Below, in pieces: positions 47,701 to 59,545 of a DNA stretch of 64,000 nt. Source of the stretch: Camelus ferus (taxonomy: Eukaryota); assembly GCF_009834535.1 (NCBI RefSeq), contig NC_045711.1:1240001-1304000 (forward strand), given 5' to 3'. The stretch's first letter is position 1. Every line of letters starts with the position of its first letter. Made by a program: the position numbers and the translations under genes. The notes below the pieces were generated by a model. That model was given only the letters and a program-made list of their open reading frames with translations, made no database searches and was not told where the DNA came from.

Positions 47701-50700
47701 TCCGTGCCTTTCCTCTCTAGGGCCAGGTGAGGGAAATGACTCTAGTGGGCTGGTTTCTGTATATCTCCCCGATCGAGAAAACAGATGAGTAGATTAGGGT
47801 TTTTGTTCCTGTGTGTGTGTCTATGAACGTTCCCTCCAATCTGATTAGAAGTGCAGAGTCTTTTCTGTTTTCTGTGTAAGAGAGTCACAGTGAGGTGGAG
47901 GCAGCCATCCAGGGCAGGGTTGGCAAACTTTTCCTGTAAGGGGCCAGATAGTAAATATTTTAGGCTTTGTGGGCCATTTAGTTTCTGTCATAACTCCTAA
48001 ACTCTGCTGTTGGGGCAGGAAGGTAGCCATAGCCAATACATACATAAGTGGGCATAGCTGTGTTCCAATAAAACTTTATTTATAGATACAAAATGTGAAT
48101 TTCATAAAATTTTCATGTGTCATGAAATATTCTCCTTTTGGTTTCTTTTCAACCATTAAAAATGGTAAGAATGTGCTACTGGGATTGTAAAATGGCGAAG
48201 TCCCTCTGGAAAACAGTCTGGCACGTTTTCAAAAGTTAAACACGAAATTACCATGGGACCCAGTAATTCCGCTCCTAGGTGTGTACCCACGAGAGCTGAC
48301 AACACACATCCACACAAAAACTTGTACACAAATGTTCCTCTCAGTATTATTCCTAACAGCCCAAAAATAGAAACAACCCAAATGTCCATCAACCGATAAA
48401 TGGATTTTAAAAAAGTGGAAGAGCCACACAGCTAACGTGCTACAACGTGTGAATGAAAGTGAAAGAACTGAAAGAAACTTGTCACGAAAAGCCACACAGT
48501 GTACAATTCTTTTCCTGTAAAATATCCAAAATAGGCAAATCCATGGAGGCTGAAAGTAGATTAATGGTTGTCAAGGGCTGGGAATGAGGGTTGATTGCTA
48601 ACCAGCATGGGAGTTTCTTTCTGGAGTGATGAAAATGTCCTAAAATTAGATTGTGGTTATGTTTGTACAACTCTGTGAATATATTAAAAAGCGCAGAATT
48701 GGACACTTTAAAAGGGTGCCTTTTAAGGTGAATTTATTTGAATTACATCTCAATAAAGCTGTCGTTAATAAAAAAAAGTTAAAGCCGTAGTTAGCTCCTG
48801 GGCCTTACGAAAACAGGTGTCAGGCTGGATATGGCCTGGGGACTTTTGTCTACCCGCCGCCCCCAGGGCCTACCCCAAAAGTGTAAGTGGGCAGAGGTGG
48901 GAAAGTTGAATGTTGACCTCAGTTAGTTTGGCCCCAACAGGTTTTTTGGCCAGGTCTCATGAAAGATGAAGGAGAGACTCCTGGAACAGTCTGCAAGCTC
49001 TGGCCTTGATCTAGAGGAAAAAATCATCCCTTCTGCTCTGGGTCTGGGAGCCTCCCTCCTGGTGGTGGAGGGAGGTTGAGTAGAACGCCTTGGAAATGAG
49101 AAGGAGGTGGTACTCGCCGAAAATGAATGAAACCACCCCAGAGAATAAAATGCTTGGGCTAAGGTCTTACTCTCCATGAATACTTGCCTACTGCTGTGTA
49201 ACAAATCACTCCAACACTTAAGTAGCCCCAGACAGCAAACACTCATTGTCTTGCACAGTTTCGAAGAGTCAGGAATCCGAATGGATGGTCTGGCTCACGG
49301 TCCTTTGTGGGACGGCAGTCCCGCTGTGGTCGGCTGGGACTGCAGTCATCCGAAGTCAAGATGATTGAATGAGGGAGTAGGGTATAGCTCAGTGGTAGAG
49401 TGCATGCTTAGCATGCACGAAGTTCTAGGTACAATCCCCAGTACCTCCTCTCAAATAAATGAATAAATCTAATTACCTCCCTACAAAGAAAAAAAACTTA
49501 AAAAAACAAGACGATTGAATGGGTAACTAGTCTCATTGGTGTCAGGAATGGGTCATCAGAAGTCTTCATCATTGTTTGGGGACTAACAGAGCATAGAGGT
49601 TACCTGGCCCTAAGTATTATTAACAGTGTCTACTAACTATGAAGCCCTTGACGACAGAGAAGTGATTTGCTGCACAGTACAGTCCTGGTCAGTGCAAGGA
49701 CAGGAGGAACTGTATGGGCCCACGGTGCCAACAGCCATACAGAGGGCGTCTCCATAGGGCTGCTCATGACATGGTACCTGCCTCCCTTCAGAGCAAGTGA
49801 TCAAGACAGAAGCTGTAATGCCTTTTAAAGACCTAGTCTCCAAACTCACGCACTGTCACTTCTGCTTTACTTTCTTCCTTGGAAGCGTGTGACTGAGTCC
49901 AGCCCACCCTAAGGCAGAGGGGAATTAGGCTCTGCCTCCTGAAAGGAGTATCGAGGAGTTTGTGGACACACTTTTAAAACCAGCACGCTCTCCCCCTGCC
50001 TTGTTGTGACTTGCAACCTCTGAGTTAGCCCAACAGGCCTAACCTCCACTTTCCTTGGACCCCAGTTCTCAACATCAGCACCTCGGTTCAGCTGGTGGCC
50101 TCCATGCCTTCAGGATTCCAGCCGGCGCAGACTCCAGACCCCACGGCTCCGGTCGCCTACTTTCCGTACTTCGACAGGACCTACCTGGCGGTGGCAGCGT
50201 CACTCAATGGGGGCAACGTACTGGCCACTTTCGTCCGCATGCTTGTCCAGTGGATGGCGGATCTAGGTAAGAGGTGGCCCACACAGCGGTGTGTTCTCCG
50301 CTTGCCCTTTCTATGTGGCTGTATCCCGGTGATGAATGTGCCGTAAGCTTCTAGATCCATGTCTCAGACCCAGCCAGGTTCCAGCACATTCGTTCCTTCT
50401 TTAGGGATCTGAGCCTGTAGGCTTCTTTCCTCTCATCTTCTGAGCTGCTCTCACCTATTCTCTTATTTGAGGGGCATCTTCTCCCCTAATCTTGACTTTG
50501 GAGAATCCTAATAGTGTCCTGGCTCTCCCCGGCCCCACTGTGTTACTGTCTCTGTCAGTAAGCCCCTGGGTCCCTTATGTTTGAGGTTTGCCTTCTGATG
50601 ACAACAGACAGCTGAGAATAAAATGATCAGATGTGAATGAGTGCAAAGACTCCCAGTATTTTACAAGATTATCAAATCCTCATAGCACTTATTCCTGGTG

Positions 50701-52738
50701 GGTAGCTCCTGTCCCCCTTTCTTGGAAGGGTCCCTGGAAACTGCTCTCTTTAGGGGAGAATCGACCAGGCCTTCCTCTGCTCTGCATTTACAGGGAAACA
50801 TGTGGAGAGGGTTCCTTTCCAAGTACTTAGGGCTAGAAATGAAATTTCTGGTCAGCTGTCTGGAAATAGGAAAATCATGTACATTGGATGCACTGGTTGC
50901 TTGTAGGAGCTCAAAATCAGGTCATTCCAGGAAGCATCTAACAGAGTTAACTAGTGGGGGCTCAGGCCACAGGGAGCACGTGGGAAACTCATCCTGGTCA
51001 TGCAGACAGGTGTTGCTGACCACGTGGGTCCTTCCAGGCTGGCCAGGGACATTGGGATTGTGGGGGAATTCTGACCCCTTGGCTGGGAGCCCCTCAGGAA
51101 TGCTTAATGTAAAGAACAGAACTTTGATTTTCTTTTGCCTTACATTAAGAAAGGTTTTAAAGATATGGAACCAGTTACCAGAACCTTCAGGCACGCCCTT
51201 TACCCTAGATACTGCTTTCACCAAATTGGATCTGTCAAATGTTTACTGAGTTGGCTGGTGCTTCTCTTTATACAGAAGTGACTGTTTTTCTCACCCCTGA
51301 AGGAGGTGGTAATATTTAATTTCTCTCTAAGATCCCTTCAAAAAGAAAAGTCTTTTGCATCTTCATGGTTCTTATTTTGATCAAACAGAGAGTGCTTGAA
51401 AGGTTAGTGGTTTATGTCACTTAACCTTTTATGAAATTTCTACATTATTTCATTTGATTGAAAAAGATTTTTTTTTCCTCTCTCATTCCTGAGGGTGTAG
51501 AGTTGAGTTTGTGTAAGTTAAGCATGCAGATGAAGAGATTTCATGGTGGCTCTTGGGTGGTGGTTCTCAGCACTGGCCACACGCTGGAAATAGTCGTGCA
51601 GTTTTAAAAACAATGTTTATGTCCTAGCTTCACCCTTAGAAGTGCTGATTATTTGCCTGGGAGCGGGGAGGGGTAGGGCCTGAGCATGGCATGTTATGAA
51701 AGTTTCTCAGGTGATTCTGATGCACTCAGGTGCTGGTAAGCGCTGGTCTAGAACCTTCTACCCAAAAAGCATGGTCCTCAGGCCAGCAGCACTGGCTTCC
51801 TCTGGGAGCGGATGATGACTGCGGAGTGTCAGGGCATACCCAGGCACACTGAGTCAGAAGCTGTATTTTAATAAGCTCCCTGAGTGATTCATATGCATAT
51901 GAAACGGTGAGCTCTGGTCTAGACTGGCAATTCTCAACCTCAGCCGAGAGGCAGGCTAGACTGTGATCAGCACTGTGGTCCTGGGATTCCCATGACACTG
52001 CTAATAAGTCTAATAGCAGCCAGGATGATACTTATTGATCAGTGTATGCATTTGGCCTGCTTGGGACCAAGGGTCCCACAGCTGCAGGATGGTTAGGGCT
52101 CACAGCAGCATTTAAGATAATCTGTCCCTGAAGGCTGGGCTGGGGTCTGCAGTGAGAGAGCTGGCTGGGGTCTGGGGCAAAAGCACAGCTAGCCAGACTA
52201 TATGAGTCCTGAGCTGGAGCGAGGAGAGGCAGCAATTCAACCTATCTCTGCCCCCTGGGAACTCTCTAGTCAGCCTGCAGTGAGAGGGTGCATGAACTCA
52301 CACAGCCTTTCTCTGTTCCTGGCAGGCCTGGAGGTTGAAGAATCCACTGTATACTCATGCATGATCCAGGCAGCTGCACAGCAGAGAGACACGTGCCTAA
52401 CCATCACTCCAACAGTGCTGGGCGAGAGGCACCTGCCGGACCAGCTGGCCTCAGTGACCAGAATCTCCTCCTCTGACCTCTCCCTGGGGCACGTGACCCG
52501 GGCCCTGTGCCGAGGCATTATTCAGAACTTGCACTCAATGCTTCCGTTTCAGCAGCTCCGAGAGTGGGGTGTGGAACGGGTGATCGGCAGTGGGAGTGCG
52601 CTGTCCAGGAATGAGGTGCTGAAGCAGGAGGTGCAGAGGGCTTTCCCTTTCCCGGTGTCCTATGGCCAGGATGTAGACGCAGCTGTGGGGGCAGCTCTGG
52701 TCATGCTCCAGAGAAACTTCAACCAGCAGGAGTCCTAG
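35713..52738 (+). CDS. SHPK: Sedoheptulokinase (CARKL; FGGY carbohydrate kinase family), 7 exons, 478 aa
   Basis: Exons 35713-35880 (168 nt, LGIDLGTTSVK phosphate-1 motif), 40590-40731 (142, IGVSGQMHG), 45276-45459 (184, TWQDGRC), 45993-46145 (153), 47329-47504 (176, LGDLQAS), 50066-50266 (201), 52326-52738 (413, TAG). Sum 1437 nt = 478 aa plus stop; all GT/AG with matching phases. Confidence 0.98.
35905..36516 (+). repeat. Local direct duplication, copy 2 (SHPK intron 1)
   Basis: Same orientation as copy 1, offset about 2427 bp; identical 29-mer at 36488-36516. Confidence 0.9.
37229..37448 (+). mobile_element. MER20-like hAT-Charlie element
   Basis: cccaaccttggcactgttgctattt...gattctttgttgtgggggctgtcctgtg...gggacaaaaatcacccctggggtgagaactactg. 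Confidence 0.8.
38020..38437 (+). mobile_element. MER33-like hAT-Charlie element, split by the SINE
   Basis: Terminal inverted repeats cagccctgtccaa / ttggacagggcag; AT-rich interior gtgaaattaattttaa...tttatttaacccaat. Confidence 0.8.
38097..38210 (+). mobile_element. Vic-1-type camelid tRNA-derived SINE, inserted into MER33
   Basis: tRNA-Ala-like head (cagctcagtggtag...tcctgggttcaacccccagtacctcc), AT-rich tail, flanking near-duplication aaactgtaaaga / aaactgtgaaaa. Confidence 0.85.
39340..39440 (-). mobile_element. Short L1 3'-terminal fragment followed by a (TA)n microsatellite
   Basis: aaaattgaagtatagttgatttacaatagtgtgttggtttcaggtgtacagcaaagtgat then (ta)n. Confidence 0.75.
41748..41880 (+). 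mobile_element. Vic-1-type camelid SINE
   Basis: gggagagggtatagctcagtggtagagcg...cttagcatgcatgaggtcctgggttcaatccc; A-rich tail; target duplication caacatttt on both sides. Confidence 0.9.
42890..43440 (+). mobile_element. Ancient LINE-1 (L1ME-like) ORF2 3' fragment
   Basis: agaagaggaaattcaaatagctaataaacctatgaaaagatgctcagtgtcattagtaattaggga, a decayed 'EEIQMANKHMKRCSTSLVIRE' region. Confidence 0.75.
43560..44045 (+). mobile_element. Ancient L1/HAL1 ORF1-like fragment
   Basis: Purine-rich; decayed IGIP..E...EEMFEELM..., KDKENILKA.R.K.QI.Y motifs of L1 ORF1p. Confidence 0.6.
44049..44598 (-). mobile_element. MLT1 (ERVL-MaLR) solo LTR
   Basis: Starts with ...ctactgccacaaaacaaactacc...cttaaaacagcaacc; contains tgtcacttccaccacattctcttggtcaag; ends taatctaccaca. 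Confidence 0.8.
46925..47056 (-). mobile_element. Vic-1-type camelid SINE
   Basis: Reverse complement of the same head (ggggattgaacccaggacc...gctaagcatgcactctaccactcgagctataccc) with (ttta)n tail. Confidence 0.9.
47905..48860 (+). mobile_element. MER58B-like hAT element interrupted by an L1MB 3' fragment (about 48165-48778)
   Basis: cagggttggcaaacttttcctgtaaggggccagatagtaaatattttaggctttgtgggcc; the element resumes after the L1 polyA with ...aaaacaggtgtcaggctggatatggcc. Confidence 0.8.
49175..49985 (-). mobile_element. Fragmented MLT1 LTR
   Basis: tactgctgtgtaacaaatcactccaacacttaagt at the left end; tgtcacttctgc...agtccagcccaccctaaggcagaggggaattagg...ttttaaaaccagcac at the right end. Confidence 0.7.
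49372..49506 (+). mobile_element. Vic-1-type camelid SINE, inserted into an MLT1 LTR
   Basis: Same head; 15-bp target-site duplication caagatgattgaatg (49357-49371) / caagacgattgaatg (49507-49521). Confidence 0.92.
51558..51950. mobile_element. Adjacent MER5A/MER5B-like elements in alternating orientation
   Basis: gtggttctcag...caggtgattctgatgca; ctggtctaga junctions at about 51744 and 51916; ctgagtcagaagctgtattttaataagctccctgagtgattcatatgca. Confidence 0.7.
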
Positions 52739-54044
52739 CACACTTGTTGGCTAAAGGACTGTTGCAAATTTTATCTAACTAACATTCCTGACATGATCTT
52801 GGGGCCATCCTTTTCCTGGACAGCTCTGTGGCGAGCTTTTAAATGATGCTTGTTCTCAAGGCATCATTTTGACCAAGAACCAGCCTTCAGGAAACACTCT
52901 AGTAATGCAGCTAGGAGTCACTGACTAGATCCCAAATCAGTTCCTTCTGAAAGAAACTCACCTGGGAGCTGGTTGCAAATGTAAAGGTGGAAAAAAGAAA
53001 GAGAGAGGAAGAGAGAAAGAAAACAGAACAGCGGCCCAGCATCCTGGTTGGCAGGGTCACCTGTGAGTCACGTGTAGACAAAGAAAATAAATGTGAACTT
53101 CAGACACCAAAAAAGTTTGGTGGATATAGGCTCCAAGAAAGAACAGAAGACCCACCCCCACCCTATGCCCAGCTTTTGGATTTTTTTTTTTTTTAAGGAC
53201 ATGAAGCCCAGATTTGGGTCACGTGCAATGTTGGAAAAGTCTTCCCTACTGGATTGTACCTCATGACCCTGAGGCGTCTTTCCCAATCTCGTTCTTCCCT
53301 GGCCACAGCTGGTTAGCTGGGGCAGGAGGAGACTCAAGGACAGTGATGCAGGCTGGCTAAGATGAAGTTGCAGGGGTCTGTGCTGGCCTTCTTGCCACGT
53401 CCTTCCCCTCCAAGGAGAGCCTGCTGCACTGGGGCTGCCCCAGATGCTCACGACACAGCTGGTTTGAAGATATGGAACAGGGAAGAAAAGGTGGACAGCA
53501 TGACCAGCAAGGGGGACAAGTGCTGTGTGGTCCTGTCTTTCAGGCACCAGCAGGACCCTTTTCCAGGAGTGTGTTGTGAAAGTGTGTTTTAATCCCTGCA
53601 CATCCCTGGGAAGCCTTCCAAGGGAAGGGATGCAGCCAGGCATATTCCTATCAGAGATAACCCCTTGTCCTGCAGGCCCCAGCTCTCCTTTCTCTTGGTG
53701 TGGGCCACCATGTGTTCCTGGCTCATGGAAGCATTCCACTGGAGTTGACATCTCTGCAGGGATCCCAGAGCAACTTAAATCTTCCTGTGGTTGGTAGGAT
53801 GACTGTGGAATGGCTTCCAGTAGAGAGCCATCATCACTGCATCTGCTTCCACACTCCCAAGGGTGATCCCAGGTGCCTGATTCTGAGGTCCCCAGGCAAC
53901 GATGAGTCTGGGAAGCAGTCACATCTCTGTGTAGTTGCCACTCTATGAGTTACGTGATTGTCCAAAACTATTAGGTTAATCTGCCTGGCCATGCTGATTG
54001 AATTTCAGATACTAAAGCTCATTCTTCCACAGCCTTGTCCCTTT

Positions 54045-54385
54045 AATAAAACACACCTCTCCGCTTTGGGAAGACTGGCACTGCAACAGAGCTGGGTTTG
54101 GGAGGTTGGATGTAGCCCTGGGGATCATTTGTAGGTTGTCCCTTGAAAGAGCCCTGCCTGCCCCATGGTTCTTCTGGGACAAGTGGCTGCAGATCACTCA
54201 GGAAAGTCACGTGATTTTTCCCTCAGCCAGAATGAGTTGACACCCTCATTTTGAGATGAAGGCACCTCGGGATGGGCTGCAGGATGGCAGAGAGCGCAGT
54301 CCATCAGGAGGAGCTGGCTCCCTGAGTTCAGGGAGGCAGCCTGTCTTGCATTCCCAGGACGCTGCAGGTGGAGTCTGTAAATAAA
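54045..54385 (+). terminator. Candidate SHPK polyadenylation signals (AATAAA 54045-54050 and 54380-54385)
   Basis: Canonical hexamers 1.3-1.65 kb after the SHPK stop. Motif only. Confidence 0.4.
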
Positions 54386-54679
54386 AGAGTTGGAGCTGGA
54401 CGGGTGTCCTGCAAACCCAGGCAGCCTGGCCCAGTGCCCAGCATGGCCCCAGCACTCTGTCCCCTGTCCACTCCACCTCTGAGGCTGAGCCTGGCACATC
54501 CAAGCTTGTCAGCTAGCAGTGCCTGCTGCCGTTTCTAAGGCACTGTGGCCCTGAGCACAACTGCCAGGGCCTCATTTCTCCAGCCTGAAGTCACAGGCCA
54601 CCCATGGCTTCTGCTTTCATTCCCGGGAGGTACCAGAAAGTAGGACCAGCCTGATCCAGATGAAGAACTGGGCCTTTAG

Positions 54680-55030
54680 GGCTGTCTGCCAACATCCTGG
54701 TCTTAAAGCACGTGATAGGCTTGCACTTTCCCACCTAATTTACTTTGGCCAGTAAAATGTGAACAGAAGTGTGTCACTTCCAGGCAGAAGCCCTTTGGAG
54801 CCAGTGAGATGTGCCACATTCACTTCCCTTTGCCATCAGTGACCAGGGGTGTCCCCAAGAGAGGAGACTTTGCCAGGCTGGGTCCCATGTGAGGCCAACG
54901 TGGCGCAGAGCCCTCACCAGCCAGTGAGTGACACACAGTGTGACTGAGAAATAAACCTTCAGTGTTTGAAGCTACTGAAATTTGGGGGCTGTTTGTTACC
55001 ATGGTGTAACTTAGCTTGTCTTGACTGCTG
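54680..55030 (+). mobile_element. MLT1 (I/J-like) solo LTR
   Basis: tttggccagtaaaatgtgaacagaagtgtgtcacttccaggcagaagc...gagaaataaacc...gaaatttgggggctgtttgttacc. Confidence 0.8.
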
Positions 55031-58000
55031 CAGCCCTGGTAGGGACTGTGCCTGAGAATTCTCACCTGCATCCAGCACAGACCTGTGTTTACAGAGCATC
55101 CACTAGGAGCTGCGTGTTCTGTCAAGCATGGTGATGTGTTGTTGGATTTCCATCACTAGGGAATGAAATAACACCATAACGGATCTGCCCACGTGCCCAG
55201 AAGGAGGGGCAATTCATTCTTCATGCAAGCGTCATTGAGCTAAGCCTTGGAGACTTCCTGTCTAGTGGTGCTAATGATAATTAGTGTTTTTTGGAGTGCC
55301 TACCATGGACTAGAAGCTAGTCTAGACTCTACTTGTTGGAACTCATTTGATCTTCAAAGTGATCCTAGAAGGTGGGTACTGTTGTCCCCGTTTCACAGAT
55401 AAGGAAACTGAGACATGAATGAAGTAACTTACCTAAGTTCACAGCACTGAGATGCAAAACCCAGAGCCCACTTTCTTTAGCACTCTAGGCAGCGAGCTCA
55501 GGGTAGGCCAATGTATTTATGTTAAAGTGAATGGCCTGTCTAGGGCGTGATGAAATGTCTGGTATCACTTGATCATGGGGTGGATAAAATGGTGCTGTGG
55601 GAGTTGTGGTTGGAAATGTTGGCCAGACTGGGGAGGGTGGTGGATGCCAGACTGAGGGTTTGGACTCTCTCCTGTAGGCAGCGGAGGGGAGGACGAGCTT
55701 CATGGGCTTTGGGAGAAGAACTGGCAGTGTGGACTCTGGATTGGAGAATGGATGTGACTGGAGGCGGGTCCCTATTAAAGGAACCTAGAACCAGCCTGAG
55801 AGATGGTGAGGCCAGAGCCAGCGCAGGGGCCGAGGAGTGAAGCTGGCCCTCCCTCTCACTTCCTGCCCCTGCCACACACACCCCTCCTTTGGCCTTTGAC
55901 TGTATATACATGACATTTATGTGGCTTTCATGTTCTCTGTTTTTCTTTTCTTTCAAGTGGTTGGAAAGCTCCTCAAAGGCAGGGTCCCTATTAGGTATTC
56001 TCTGTCCTATCTTCCTCCTGCATCTTAATTTGGGCTGATGTTCACCTCACAGGGCAGAACACCTTGTCCAAAGTCTGGCTTGGATGCCGTCCACCTGCTG
56101 CAGTGCTCCGCAGTGCATCTGCCGCTGGGTTATAACTGTATCCAGGACCCCACTCAGTGTTTGATGTTGGGCCCCGGCTTGCGCTTGTTACGGGGCACCC
56201 CCGTACCCCCAGCCCTGTAAGCATCCACGAGAGCCTAGCAGGTCTTCCTCCCCACCCATCCTGGCCTCCTGGAGGGCACAGACCATCTTATTCGCCGTAC
56301 TCACCTCTCTGGGTTCTCAAGTGCAGCGTGGCCCTCAGGAAAGAGGGTGGGTCACACCAAACCTCTTCTCAGGCATGATTAGATAAAACAGGCCACATCT
56401 TTGAAAGTTAGATGTTCTTGGTACAGAGATGCTCTTTGTGTGACTCATGAAGCATTAAGCAAGTCTTGTTTTTTTCATTGGAAGACAATTAGCCACCACC
56501 TCAAGCTAATGGCCGGATACAGCTTAGCAGTTGGCAGATGAATTCTCACTGAAATAATAAGGAGAGGTCCAACCCCCAGGCCTGCCTAGAGCCCATTCAC
56601 ACCGCATCCTCATTAATCCCCAGCAGCAGGCCGGGCAGGTGTTTGCACCTGTTTTGTGGCTGAAGAATCAGGCCTGGAGATTCAGCTCCCACCCAAGTTC
56701 ATGCAGCTGGCATCTGGTCTCTTCACTCCTGCTTCCGTTCTCCACCCCCGCCCCTCACCCTCCAATAGCTTCTCGCTCTGTTCCAGACCCTCCCTGGATC
56801 CCAGCTCTGCAGAGCTGGGCTCAGCTGTCGGTGCTGAGTGGATGCCTGTTCCCTCCCCAGCTCAGATGGCCAACTCCATCTGCTTCCGATGCACGCGGAC
56901 CCCTCTCACAGACCCTCGCCCTCCCCGGGAGCTGACTCATGTGGGTACTTGGTGACACTAATGCACAGGCCAAACGCAGAAAGGAAAGTAGCTTTCTTCC
57001 AGGCTTGCTGTTTGCCATCTGGATCTGGGACCCCTGTGGTCTTTAAAATTTGGGAGGCAAGACACATAAATCAGGACAAGATTTAGAAATCTCAGTACAA
57101 GATTTAGAAAGCTTAAGACTAGTGGAGCTGTCACCATCCTTGGGTGGGTCACAGACACCTGCAGTGGTGCCTTAACCACTCTCCCCAGGGCTGAGACTAG
57201 CACCGCCTGCTTCCACCCAGTTCCTCCGGAGGTGCCAGGCTGACAGCTCCCGACTTTGATAATCAGGCTTTTTTAGCACATGGGAGTTTGCTGGTCTCTA
57301 GCTGTGCCAGAAAGTCTGGCTTCAAATCCTAGAGGAACCGAGGTAGATGAAGAAAATATATTAGGCTCCTATTGCCAGGGTCAAGAGCTCAGTTTAATTC
57401 AGTGTGCCCTGTGGTGGTAACACCGGGGGAGAGAGAGACAGAGAGGAACTGAGGCTGTTAGTGACGGTTGCAGTCTTAGCCTAGGTCTACCAGATCAGGC
57501 CCAGCCACCTGCTATGGTGGTTACTCTAGCGCCTTCCTGTGCTTCCTCTTGTCCCCGTCAGACTGGAGCTTGGAGAAGCTCCCCCTCCCAGAAGTCGTCA
57601 TTAAAACATGATCTACTTACAAGAAGTTTTAATGGGTACATCATTACATAGAACACCATGTTTCAGATTATGACCCAGAAACCACAGTGAAGGCGGCAAG
57701 CCCCAGCCATGAGGTCTTGTTTGCAATACCATTTTATGAGCTTTAGTGGGACCACTCAGGGCAGGTACTATTCAGACAAAGCCCGGCCAGTGGGCACCTT
57801 TGGGAAAGGCACGGAGCTAGGCTTGGAGAAGGGAAACAGGGCACCAGTGGCCTGTCACGCCTTGGAGCCATTAAAATCTGCAAAGCCAGATACAAACTTC
57901 AGAGAAGTCAGAGCTCAGTACAAGCTTTTGGAAGCTCCAGGTGAGACCTGTACGGTTGCCACTGCCCTTGGGCAGGTTACATAGACTGTCTGTAATTCAT

Positions 58001-58279
58001 TTCTTCATCTATAAAGTGGGGACAAAATTGTACTCACCTCTTTGTGAGGGTCTGATGAGACAGTGCATATAAAATGCTTATCCCAGAACCTGGCATTCTG
58101 CCATTACAGTTGTCATCATGATCACAGGTACCAATAGTCCCAGGAAGGCAGAGATTGGAGGAGGTGGGATTTGAATGACAGAATCTCAGCATCCATAGGT
58201 CTCACCTGCCACCTGGGTTAAGTGGGATGAATGTTGGGCAGAAGGAGGGCAAGGAAGCAGCCTGGAGCAGGTACGGTCA

Positions 58280-59090
58280 GTGTGACGGGGGAGGAGATGT
58301 AGCTAGGTGACAGTAGGGCCTGGACCACAGTGGGAGGAGGGGCTGGGACCGTGGGCTCAGGGTGCCAGGTGGAGGGCTGGGGTCTTATTTGGTAAAGGAA
58401 CACAATCAGGAGGATGTTCTAGGCCTGGGACTAGGAGGTGGCGGGTGGGAGAGGCTAGACTGGGAAGGGAAGGTACTTCCAGTGCTTCCAGGGAGAAGTG
58501 GCTGCCAGCTACAGTGAGGGGTGGACATGAGCTACAGAAACAGAGCCCAGACTGCTAGGACAGAGAGGAGAGGGTGGGGAGGACAAAATATGGCAGACGT
58601 GGTGACCGGAAGAAAGTTGGTGCCTTTACAGGCATGAATGTTGAGGGGAGGGAGTGTGGAGGGAAGAGGAGTCCATCTTGGGATGTGCTCAGCGGAAGGG
58701 ATTTGTGGTCATCACCTGCAGGTTCCGGGAGGCAGGGAAGCAGCTCCAGGGAGAAGGCTGGGCTGGACACCTGGGTTAAGGAATCATTGACTTGGGAATG
58801 TCAAATGGGTTCTTAGAGGGTTGAAGGTCTCAGAGAGGGGAAGGAGGAGGTAAGAGTTCTGGGGAGCCCCTGCATGTAGGAAAGGGCTTGGTGGGGAGAG
58901 GCAGCCAAGGAAACCAGGAAGGAGCTGTCAGGAAGGAGGAGAAGGGCCAGGATTTCCCCTGCACTGAACCATGGAGACTCCAGGATGTTGTCAGCCCCAG
59001 TGGCTCTGTTACAAAGAGGGCGCATTTAGTGACGTGTATTGTCCTCACCAGAGGCAGAAATCACCTTGAAGTCTTAGGGGACATTGCTCC
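58280..59090 (-). mobile_element. Decayed LINE-2 internal fragments
   Basis: Purine-rich plus strand with L2-like phrases (ggaggagatgtagctaggtgacagtagggcctggaccacagtggg; gtggacatgagctacagaaacagagccc; ggggagcccctgcatgtagg). Similar patch at about 55600-55900. Confidence 0.5.
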
Positions 59091-59214
59091 TGGGCTGGCC
59101 GGTCCTCTCAGCACCTGTCTCAGATGTCTCCCCCCTGTGGCCGGGGGCTGCCCATGGCTGACACCCGGCCCTGGTCCAGGCAGCATGTGAGCCCGGGGAT
59201 GGACCTGACACAGT

Positions 59215-59545
59215 GCTGTACTGAGTTGTGCTTAATGCTGCTGAAGCTGTACACTTAAAAATGGTTAAAATGGTAACTTTTTCCAAAAATTTCTTTATTG
59301 AATGAAAGATTCGTTAAATTCTATAGTGCTTTACAATTTTCAGAAGTTTCACACACATGATTTCATATAATCCCATAATAACCCTCCCAATCTATCTGGC
59401 CCCATCCCCTTTTCCTTGCCCCACTGGTAACCACTAGTTTGTTCTCTGTATCTGTGAGTCTGCTTCTTTTTTTGTTTAATCCACTAGTTTGTTGTGTAAA
59501 ATGGTAAATTTATGTTATATGTATTTTACCACAATTTAAAAGAAA
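59215..59545. mobile_element. Old L1 3' end (+) with a younger L1 3' fragment (-, about 59283-59495) nested in it
   Basis: gctgtacacttaaaaatggttaaaatggtaa [ ...cccactggtaaccactagtttgttctctgtatctgtgagtctgctt... ] aaaatggtaaatttatgttatatgtattttaccacaat; aaaatggtaa repeated on both sides. Confidence 0.75.

Noticed and set aside
53068-53922. 284-aa minus-strand ORF in the SHPK 3'UTR; also 40121-40885 (254 aa) and 61106-61705 (199 aa)
   Set aside because: No recognisable homology, splice context or coding bias.
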